Part shown: positions 52,500-64,000 of the stretch, one piece after another | How the letters are laid out: every line of letters starts with the position of its first letter | How positions within the stretch are numbered: the first letter of the stretch is position 1 | Position numbers and translations under genes: made by a program | Notes under the pieces: generated by a model | The model's database searches: none | Told to the model about the DNA's origin: nothing | Seen by the model: the letters and a program-made list of their open reading frames with translations, nothing else | Source of the DNA: Octopus vulgaris | Lineage: Eukaryota | Direction of reading: 5' to 3' | DNA: 64,000 nucleotides | Assembly: GCA_951406725.2 (NCBI GenBank) | Contig: OX597820.1 | Span: 61,628,001 to 61,692,000, forward strand

Positions 52500-52695
52500 C
52501 TTTTACATGTTTCAGTCATTTGACTGTGGCCATGCTGGAGCACCGCCTTAAAGGGTTTTAGTCGAAGAAATCGACTTCAGGACTTATTCTTTGTCAGCCT
52601 ACTACTTATTCTATCAGTTCTGTTGTCGGACCGCTAAGTGGGACTGAACCCCGAACTATGTGGTTCGTATGCAAGCTACTTACCACACAGCCATG
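52500..52695 (-). mobile_element. SINE family A with internal deletion, inverted relative to its neighbour
   Basis: Tail segment joined to head segment at CCGCTA-AGT-GGGACTGAACC (3-bp microhomology). Confidence 0.85.
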
Positions 52696-52767
52696 TGTGT
52701 GTGTGTCTGTGTGCGTTGTGTGTATACTTGTGTATATATGTATACATATATGTGTGTATATATATGG

Positions 52768-52801
<34 letters not shown>

Positions 52802-52880
52802 TATATACGTGTGCGTGCGTGCGCGTGCGCGCGCGTGTGTGCATATATATATGTATGTTATGTATATATGTATATATATA

Positions 52881-52933
<53 letters not shown>

Positions 52934-53813
52934 GTACACACGCAATATACACATATGCACCGTGCAGTATATCATTCTCTTAAGAATGCATTTCGAGTCC
53001 TTAACACTAATAAACTATACGCCACACCCCACTAACTAATATATTCAGATTCAATCACATATTAACAGTTAATACAAAATGGCGCATACACACATACTGC
53101 ATATAAAGAAATAGATCGGTACAGAGATACACACACGACCATACACACATTCAAACACATGCACAGACACACATTCAAGCACATGCACAGACACATGTGC
53201 GAGTACACACTCAGAACATACATAAGCTCACATATATACAGGCACACAATACGCTTGTACATATATATACACCTATTAATATACCGATTTGTGAATTTCT
53301 GAAACAATGTATAATGGCATTTGAGTTATTTTCGGCTATTTTCGGTTATTTTCGGTTACTTTCGTTCATGTTCATTTTTCAAAATATTTATTTGTATTTT
53401 TTATATTTACATTAGTAATTTTTCTTTTATTGTTTTTTTTTCTGTTTTTTTTTTTATATATTCCCTTCCACGTGATTTATAGTCTAATAGAATTTCTCCC
53501 GCTCTCTTCAGTCAATTATCGTTCATAGTTTGTTTCACATCTGTATTCACTTTCTTATTTTATAAGTGTTTTTTTTCTTCCCATTATTACTGGAGGTTGG
53601 GGTTACGCCCTTCAACAATTCTGATTGGATGCAAATATTAAGCGAAGGGCATATTGAAAGAAAATTACCTTACCTGCATTAATTATATGAAGCATAGGTG
53701 GTAAACTAACTCTTTCACCTACGTTAATCTAAGAGAATAGCTGCTGTTTAACCCGGGGTCGGTTTTGATCAAGGAGATCTACGACCAAACATTCCGATCA
53801 ACATTGCTCAATC

Positions 53814-53861
<48 letters not shown>

Positions 53862-53993
53862 TCCTTCTTTCTTTCTTTCTTTCTTTCTTTCTTTCCTTCC
53901 TTCCTTCCTTCCTTCCTTCTTTCATTCATTCATCATTCTTTCTTTCTTTCTTTCTTTCTTTATTTCTTTCTACCTTCCTTCCTTCCTTCCTTC

Positions 53994-54064
<71 letters not shown>

Positions 54065-54400
54065 TTCAGGCACAGTGTAGTTTTGGACGGTATTATTCAA
54101 TGCGGACTTCCTAATTTTTTTTCAAAGACAGAACGGTAAAGTTTCAGGAACATTTTACTGCTATTTCTTGCTGACTGAAGTATTAGAAATATCGGTTCCG
54201 GGCGAATGCTTCTTTAGTCTTGAATGTAGAGCATTTCTCCTCTGTTTATATACGATGTGTAATGTTATTTAGCCCCTGATATCAGTTCTGATCGAGGGTA
54301 TATATGATGAAAAGCGTTCCAATCAAGACAATCTCGTATGTCGTTCATATTTGTTAAGACGTTACACTTAAGGGTAGTGCTGTTGGTTTTTTTTAAAGCA

Positions 54401-54820
54401 GGCGCAGGAGTGGCTGTGTGGTAAATAGCTTGCTTACCAACTACATGGTTCCGGGTTCAGTCCCACTGCGTGGCACTTTCGGCAAGTGTCTTCTACAATA
54501 GCCTCCGCCGACCAAAGCCTTGTGAGTGGATTTGATAGACGGAAACTGAAAGAAGCCCGTCGTATATGTGTGTATATATATATATATTTGTGTGTGTGCG
54601 TGTATTTGTGTCTGTGTTTGTCCCCCCAACATCGCTTGACAACCAATGCTGGTGTGTTTACGTCCCCATAACTTAGCGGTTCGGCAATAGAGTCCGATAG
54701 AATAAGTACTAGGCTTACAAAGAATAAGTCCTGGGATCGATTTCCTCCACTAAAGGCGGTGCTCCAGCATGGCCACTGTCAAATGACTGAAACAAGTAAA
54801 AGAGTAAAAGAGTAAAAGAG
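54401..54820 (+). mobile_element. SINE family A, full length, (GTAAAAGA)n tail
   Basis: Near-consensus; AGCAGGCG at both ends may be a TSD. Confidence 0.93.
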
Positions 54821-55104
54821 CAGGCGACTCGATCGTGTAGAGTAGGCAGTGTGTAGGATCAAGGTTTCTACTTATGTACTAAAAAATATGTGCGGTGGGG
54901 AGTGCGTTTGGAGTGGCAATACGTATGGCGCGAAGTCCGTGTAATGGGTTTTCTCTCAGGTGAGAAGTTTGTGTTGTGTTCATTATGTACAGTGTGAAAT
55001 ATGTGTTTTGTGAAATATGTGTAGTGTGAAATATATGTGGTGTGAAGTAGTTGTAGTGGGGAATAAGGTATAGGCGAGTATAAGATATGGGGAGTAAGAT
55101 ATAA

Positions 55105-55465
55105 GCGCAGGCATGGCCGTGTGGTTAAGAAGCTCGCCCTACAACCGCGTAGTTTCAGGTTCAGTCTCATCGTGTGGCACCTTGGGCAAGTTTTTTTCTA
55201 CCATATCACTTGGGCGACTAATGAATATGCTAGTGAATATGGTAGGTGGAATCTGTGTAGAAGCGCCCCGCTGTATACACACACATACACACACACGCAC
55301 CCGCCCTCACGCACATATGTGTAGATGTCCTTGTGTGTGCCTGCCTCCCACCATCGCTGGATAACTGTAACTTAGCGCTTCAGCAAAAGAGTCTAACAGA
55401 ATAAGTGCCAAAGCAGTGTCCCAGCATGGTCGCAATCTAATAATTGAAACAGATAGAAGATAAAA
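55105..55465 (+). mobile_element. SINE family A (diverged)
   Basis: GCGCAGGCATGGCCGTGTGGTTAAG..CACCTTGGGCAAG..CCCAGCATGGTCGCA. Confidence 0.8.
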
Positions 55466-55630
55466 AAGTGTAATTGGTGTGAGGCGTGTGTAGGGGTCAA
55501 TATGGGTGCTGTGACGGGTGTATAAGGGATATGTTTGTGAGGTGCAATGTGTGTAATGAGAACCATTGTGACTAATGTCATGTTTATGTATACTTGTTAG
55601 TCTGTGTGGTGTAATGTACGCTTAATGTTA

Positions 55631-55677
<47 letters not shown>

Positions 55678-55781
55678 CATATATGTGCGTGTGTGCCTCT
55701 GTGTGCGTTTGTTTATGTATATATCTGTGTGTATGAAAGTATCTATGTGTATGTATATACATACATACATACATACATACA

Positions 55782-55875
<94 letters not shown>

Positions 55876-56139
55876 TATTTATATGTATCCATATATATGT
55901 ATATATGCATACATTCATTCATACATACATATATATTATATGTATATATATATTTATATGTGTCCGTATGCACGTATACATATATATGTATGTATATGCA
56001 TATATATGGACGCATATATAAATATATATATATATATATACATATGCACATATATATGCATATATATATATATATATATGTATATATCATTCATATATAT
56101 ATATATATATATACACATACATAATACATACATACACAC

Positions 56140-56205
<66 letters not shown>

Positions 56206-56444
56206 TGATATATATGTATATACATATGTGTGTGATGCATTGTGGTTAGTGTGGAAGAACATCGTGCCACTCACACCTCAGAACTTCCCCCATGTGAACC
56301 AAGCCTGGAATGTTGCCCACAGACCGTGAAAACGGAGTGATAATAAAACTTCAGTGCAGGACCATTATCCTGAACGATATCGGCCAGGACGCCGGTGGTT
56401 GCAAAATGCCGTTTTTTTTTTTTACTTTTCTTTTGCTTTCGCTC

Positions 56445-56518
<74 letters not shown>

Positions 56519-56674
56519 CATTATTATTATTACTTCAATTGACTTAAGTAACTCATAAACTCATAATCAGTGTTAGGTTGGATAGATAAAATACTATATT
56601 GCCGAACTGCTTCACTGAACAGACTTCGTCAATAATGCTGCAACTGTTACCGTGGCGTTAGACAAAATTTTCGG

Positions 56675-57345
56675 TTGGTTGGTAGCGGTGGAGTGGTAGT
56701 GCCGGAGTGGTGGTGCTAGAGAAGGGTGATGGTGGTGTTGATGGTGTTGGAGTGTGGTGATATCAGGGTATTAGTGCTTAATTAGTGGTGTGGTATGGAT
56801 AACAGTGGTATAGTGCTGTCGTTGTTGGCATGCTGGTTGTGTGGTTGTGTTGATGGTAGTGTTGCTGGTGGTGTTATGTGGTGGTATTGGCAGTAGTATG
56901 GCTGTATTGATGATAATGTAGTTTGGTAGAGTTGGTAATAACGTGACAGTACTGGTGTTGGTTGTGGTGTGGTGGTGACGGTGGCAGTGTGGTGGTGTTG
57001 GTAGTAGTTTGTGGTATTACTGGATGTGGTGGAGTGGTATTAGTGGTACTACTATTGCTGGCGTGCGGTTGGTGTTAGCAGTGGTGGTGTTAAGAGGTGG
57101 TATTGAAGCGATGGTATTGGTAGTGTTATGATGGTGTTGATGATTGCATAATGTAGTGGTTTTAGTGCTAGTACAACAGTGTTGGTGGTTGTGTGGTTCT
57201 GGTGTTCGATGTTGTAGTGGCGTAGCGATTGGCATTGTGATGCCACAGTGTTGGAGGTAGTATGACGGTGAGGGTGTGGCGATGCTGAGGTGTTAGTGCA
57301 GTGGTGATATTGCTGGAATCGTGATGTTGTGTTGTTGCGGTGGCC
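56675..57345. repeat. Degenerate (TGG/TAG/TGT)n low-complexity tract
   Basis: Strong G/T strand skew with 3-bp periodicity. Confidence 0.85.
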
Positions 57346-57369
57346 TCCTACGAGTAATTGTTGTTCTTT

Positions 57370-57555
57370 GGTCTCAGATCAAGTCAGATTGAGCATTCAA
57401 GCCGGGACCTTTTACTTATGAGCAGGGAAATCCAGGGCTATGTTATCCAATATGTCCCTTTTTTTTTTATTAAGACTGTTGGATGCGATTTGAATAATAT
57501 TTACCTGCTATTTCTAGCATGTCGAGTGAACACGTAAAGGATCCTTTGCTGGTTC
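57370..57555 (+). repeat. Ancient repeat family D
   Basis: TTATCCAATATGTCCC..GCGATTTGAA..CTGCTATTTCTAGCATGTCGAGTGA. Confidence 0.6.
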
Positions 57556-57734
57556 AGAAGTGTAGAGGTGGAGAAGTGAGGAGTGTAATGGCAGGTATGG
57601 GGGATTCGGAGTGGTGGAATGGGGGTTGCGTCTGTTGGTGACAGCGTGGTGGTGGTGGTGAAGTTTGTTACAGTCGTGGAATGATGTTGTTGGCTGGGGG
57701 TTTGAGATTGAATCTACAGCCATTTTCGCGTATC

Positions 57735-57809
<75 letters not shown>

Positions 57810-57855
57810 GCGTGTGTGTGCGTGTTTTTATGAGTTTGCGTGTCTGCATACACAC

Positions 57856-57946
<91 letters not shown>

Positions 57947-57964
57947 TGCATGCAAATATATGTA

Positions 57965-58124
57965 AGCGCAGGTGTGGAGTGCGGTATGAAATTTGCTTCG
58001 CAACTGCATGAGGCCGGGATCAGATACACTGTGTAACACCTCGGACAAGTGACCTCTACTACAGCCCCGGGTCTACCAAAGCCTGGTGACTGGATTTGTT
58101 TGATAGGAACTGAAAGAAGCCTGT

Positions 58125-58130
<6 letters not shown>
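57965..58130 (+). mobile_element. SINE family A 5' half (diverged)
   Basis: GCGCAGGTGTGG..GGACAAGTGACCTCTACTACAGCCCCGGG..GAACTGAAAGAAGCC. Confidence 0.75.
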
Positions 58131-58163
<33 letters not shown>

Positions 58164-58205
58164 GAATGGAGTTGAACGACGAATTAACAAAATTCCTTTA
58201 TTTTA

Positions 58206-58288
58206 TTTTCGACATATGTTTCGAAGGTTGCATATTCCTAATTTCGAAGGAATAAGGGGTGCATTATGCCACCTTCTCATCAGGAAAA
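58206..58288 (-). ncRNA. Type I hammerhead ribozyme, apparently intact (Penelope pLTR type)
   Basis: TTTTC-CTGATGA-GAAGGTGGCATA..TATGCAACCTTC-GAAAC-ATAT-GTC-GAAAA: full core, 5-bp stem I, 11/12-bp stem II opening with G-C, palindromic stem III, GUC site, AATAAA downstream. Confidence 0.88.
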
Positions 58289-58435
58289 GTAAGGAACTTA
58301 TGTCAGCATCAAGATGCACAAAAACTTTTAGATGACTGCCCACACGGAGCCCATAGCGATAATTCGGTTAACCGAATTATGCATAATAAGATAATTCATT
58401 CAACTACTATATATATATATATACACACACATATA

Positions 58436-59162
58436 TGAAACTTAGATAAAACTTGGATATGTTTCGACCAAAAATTGGTCCAGGCCATGTCTAAATTAAT
58501 TGCACCACCTGATAGGATTATCTAAATCCTTTTAATGTCAAGTTTTGTGGTATTATGGTCCATTCAAGTAGTGAGTTCTTGTTGAGTGAGTTGTATCCAG
58601 GTATGGGGGGCTTATCTGGTATTCCTTGAAATTTGTCCAGACTCCGTTTAAAGGTGATGGGATCCTTTTCCTCTTTAATCAGTATTGGGACAATGTTAAA
58701 CAGGGCAGGGCCTGTTGAGGAAAAGACATTGTGTCACAGTGTACCTATATGCTGTGATCCGGAATTGGGCAGGGGACATATGGCCCGTGGTCCCAGCCTT
58801 AGATGAACCTTGAAACTAATGTTCTGGTCGTTTGGGCAATGCTGGTGGTATATTCTCCACATTGCGCAAATGACGTACCGCTCGCGGCGGCGCTGGAGAG
58901 AGAAGAGTTTCAAGGCTTTAAGGCGGTCCCAGTAATCGAGATCAGTCATGCCTTCATGACTGTATGGGGAGACCACAAAGGGCAGCAATATTCAAGGTGT
59001 GGCCGTACAAAGGAGGAGAAAATTGAAATGATGACACCTTGTTCCCTGGACCGGAATGTTCTTAAGATCCAGGAGCTCATCCTACGAGCTATATCGACCT
59101 TATTATTGATGTAGACCCTGCAGATGAGATTGTTATCAACAATTACACCTAGGTCTCTGATA
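58436..59162 (-). mobile_element. 5'-truncated CR1/L2-group LINE, diverged relative of 20503-21665
   Basis: IRDLGVIVDNN..RPHLEYCCPLWSP..LQRRRERYVIC..GPRAI..IPDKPPIPGY..NSLLEW with a stop and a deletion; homologous 3' UTR; TA-rich repeats on both sides. Confidence 0.92.
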
Positions 59163-59289
59163 TTATATATATATATATATATATATGATGTATATATATA
59201 TATATATATTACTCGGCCACATCTGTTTTTTTTACTTTGTTTTGTATAAGTCTAAGTCCTCTGGCTAATGGAGATAAGGTCGGAAAACT

Positions 59290-59334
59290 GTCGTACCGAT
59301 GAAGGCTATTGAACCAGAAACACGTATCCACGAC
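59290..59334 (+). ncRNA. Degenerate minimal hammerhead motif
   Basis: GTCGTA-CCGATGA-AGGCTATTGAACCA-GAAAC-ACGT-ATC-CACGAC; stem I GTCGT/ACGAC; mutated core. Confidence 0.45.
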
Positions 59335-59349
59335 TATAGACAATAAGCT

Positions 59350-61260
59350 TTTCTTTAATGGCATGTCAGTTTTGGAGAATTTTTGAACCTTGAGACTATC
59401 CTCCTTTTTAAAGTGAAGTCCGTCCTAATTGCCGTTTCTCTAGAGGCTGAGATAATTTTAATGAACCAAGAATTCTTGTATGGTATTTGGCATGCTGGTA
59501 TTTGTTCATATATACATATATTAAGGGCATTACTATACATAAATGCCTCACGCTACGAGGGACTCTTAAAGTCAAAACAAGCATTTTTACCGAGCGCAAG
59601 GGAATGCAACTCTCAAAGCAAGCCTTTTAAAAACAGAATTATCCTATCGGTAAATTGATAAGCTTTAAGAGTCCTGTTTTTGTACGATAAATAGAATTGG
59701 TGATTTGACAGGCGATTACCTGTAAACAAACGGGTTTTCTCTTTCTCCCTTTAGGTGTTGATTTTTGTATGACAGCAGATAATGGTGTCTAAAGCTTTAT
59801 AAATGTTAACGGAAGTTAGGACCATACATGCGAGAGTTATTTTGTTGTTGACACCATCTTGTGTTATCTGTGTGAGGTTGATTTGTGCAATGGTCTTAAA
59901 CAGTATTGATATTTGGAGCGTGGGAAGTGTGGATTAATGACGTTAAAGATGAGCTTTTTTTTATAATGTGTGATGTTTTGCATCTGTGGGAGATAGGTCT
60001 GTATTAGGCTACTTGTATTTTTGTTAGGATTTAGAACTTTTATCATTTCCGTAGCTTCCGAAATTTGACAAAGTTAGTACAAATAGTTCTAGATGATGCC
60101 AAGAGCAAAGATTTTTTTCAGATTAAAGGTGTTTTAGTATTTTGTTGTGATTTTGTCACATATTAAGACATTTGTTTCTTTTTATAGTTGTTAAATCCTT
60201 TTATAAGTGCCCCTTCCTCAATGGATTTTAGCCGTTGACTCCCTAGAAACATTGGCTCCAAATTTTGGCACAAGGCTAGCAATTTCGGCAGAGGGACTAA
60301 GTCGATTGCATCGACCCTAGTGTTCAGAAAATACTTCTGTCGATCCCGAAAGATAAAAGGCAAAGTCAACCCCCAGTTGCATTTGAATTCAGAACGTAAT
60401 GATTGACGAAATGCCGCTAACCATTTTGTCAGGTGTGCTAACAATTCTGCCAGCTAGCCATCTTATTCACATGAAATCTTATAAGGGCATTTCTTGGTAT
60501 TGTTGTGTGGTTTATACTATTTCAGATTGTTATTGTGACAAGTGGCCACCGATGCTGTTGTTATCAATGTAGCTAGTTACACTATAAAGTGTGTCAATAT
60601 TTTGCATTGTATGTCGGATACAAATGTTTGGAAGTTTTTTGTTTGCTTTCCAACGTTTTGATTTCGCTGACTTTCCTTTAGTTGTTTGAAACTGAGTTTT
60701 ATTTTTGTTGTATGCAGTGTTATTGCATTGCATTTGAAGTTGTCAGAGATTATCATAATGGCTATTTCTGTGTAATTGCGACTGTATTTTTTCATGTTGA
60801 ATTATGGGTCATGTTTCTGGAAGTCTCTATCATAATTTTCTTGAAAGTATGTATTGCAAAGTCTATATTGGTAACATTGTTGTGCTATTCTGAGAAACTT
60901 CAAAAGAAAAAAGTGACCCTTTGAAGCAGTTTCATTGAACTTTTTTCACGTTTATAAAAAGTATTGGGTAGATGGTCAGAGGTTAGTTGAAGGAATTTTT
61001 GCAATATGGTTATGGTGGGTATGAAGAGTTGTAGTTCGTCTAGTAAGTTATGTATGTGTGTGTGTGTGAGTGATGTGGGTGGTTCAGGATGTAAAGGAAA
61101 TGTAATAACAACATCATTAAGTAATCTCGTGTGTTGTCTGTATTTTCTGAAAACCAGTATGTATTGCAAGTTGTCATAATGGTAGGGTCGAAAGAATTAG
61201 TAGATATGTGGTAAATAATGTTCAAGTGAGAATAATGATAATGTGACAATCGTTAACAGT
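59350..61260 (-). mobile_element. Ancient APE-type LINE relic (I/Jockey-group-like), interrupted by a SINE
   Basis: Ordered remnants on minus: LCNTYFQ (~60855), IKVLNPNK (IPxLKPxK), KYQYCLRPLHKST (QHGFRPxHST), IYKALDTI (SKAFDTV), RVPRSV..IYVYMN (GVPQGS..NIYM). Confidence 0.55.
60250..60460 (-). mobile_element. SINE family B (older, diverged)
   Basis: TTTTGGCACAAGGC..AAAGGCAAAGTCAACC..TCAGAACG..CTGCCAGCTAGCC. Confidence 0.85.
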
Positions 61261-61450
61261 AGTGGAGTGGATATTGTTAATGTTGGCTGTATTTTTGGTC
61301 GTGGTGCCGTTGCAGTAGCTGATGTGATTGTTGTCTTGGCTGTTGTGTTAATTTTAGTTGCAATTAGAAAAGTAGAAAAAATAGAGGTTGTAGTCGTCGG
61401 CGGATTAGGAAAGCAACTGTAGCATTAGCATTAGCAAGCAGCTGTACTAG

Positions 61451-63296
<1,846 letters not shown>

Positions 63297-63757
63297 GTTG
63301 TTGTTGTTGTGGTTGATGTTGTTATCATTTTCCTTAGCCTCTTCTTTCAATTCCGTTTCCATTTCTTGCCGATTGTCTTCCTGAAGCCTAGGGCAGAGAA
63401 ACGTACTATATACATTGGTAGGCCATTAAAACAAGCTCAACAGATCGTTCCTTTACAGAGTCATGTGACAGTAAAAAAAAGGAAGACAGAGAGAAAAAGG
63501 AAAAATAAAAAAATAGGAAAGTAAACAAATAAAATAAAGGGGGAAAAACGAAAGAAAATTTACAACGACAATGCTCGTTTGAATATATGTCATGTACCAC
63601 TTAAGACCAACAACTGACAAGCAAATGTGTTGTATTGAGCAGAATATTTGCTGTAGCCAATCTTTTATATCAAAACAAAACAATGTACATGATAGCACTT
63701 CCAATCAGTTATGATGTAAAGCCATGAGAGCCACTGCCTGGTATTGCATCAGGACAT

Positions 63758-63767
63758 TTATTATTAC

Positions 63768-63810
<43 letters not shown>

Positions 63811-63819
63811 ATAATTATG

Positions 63820-63872
<53 letters not shown>

Positions 63873-63939
63873 TATTATTATTATTATCATTGATGTTGTT
63901 GTTATTGTTGTTATTGTTGTTGTTGTTATTCTTCTTCTT

Positions 63940-63970
<31 letters not shown>

Positions 63971-63985
63971 TTATTATTATTGTTT
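63758..63985. repeat. (TTA)n(ATA)n(TTG)n(TTC)n compound microsatellite
   Basis: Directly visible. Confidence 0.95.
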
Positions 63986-64000
63986 ATTTATTTATTTTCT

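Noticed and set aside
56675-57345. Telomeric repeat or mucin-like exon
   Set aside because: No TTAGGG units; frames are interrupted and the sequence is a decayed trinucleotide tract.

Overview
AT-rich, microsatellite-saturated eukaryotic DNA whose repeat content resembles a coleoid cephalopod, most likely Octopus (inference from recalled repeat families, no search run). No intact host gene is supported; almost all tracked ORFs are translations of (TA)n/(CA)n/(TATG)n/(TATC)n/(TAA)n/(GA)n repeats. The window contains: at least three tRNA-derived SINE families (A, CORE-like; B, forming head-to-tail multimers; C, V-SINE-like), many with readable TSDs; three mariner relics plus an end fragment, one relic being a head-to-head palindrome; Helitron pieces including a Pif1-like helicase fragment; a CR1-group LINE with an open 357-codon RT C-terminus and a diverged relative; a Tx1/L1-like LINE 3' end; several R4/Dong-type RLE retrotransposons; and Penelope-like relics carrying type I hammerhead ribozyme motifs. 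Best leads: (1) an apparently intact hammerhead at 58206-58288 (-) and 5-6 relatives with palindromic stem III and variably enlarged stem II; (2) SINE-B shares its 3' tail with the Tx1-like LINE and builds multimers at a fixed internal hairpin site; (3) each LINE clade sits in its own microsatellite type; (4) a covarying hairpin in the CR1-like 3' UTR; (5) a recent 143-bp duplication carrying an ATG and a GTGAGT splice donor. Coordinates were read by eye; boundaries of degenerate elements are approximate.
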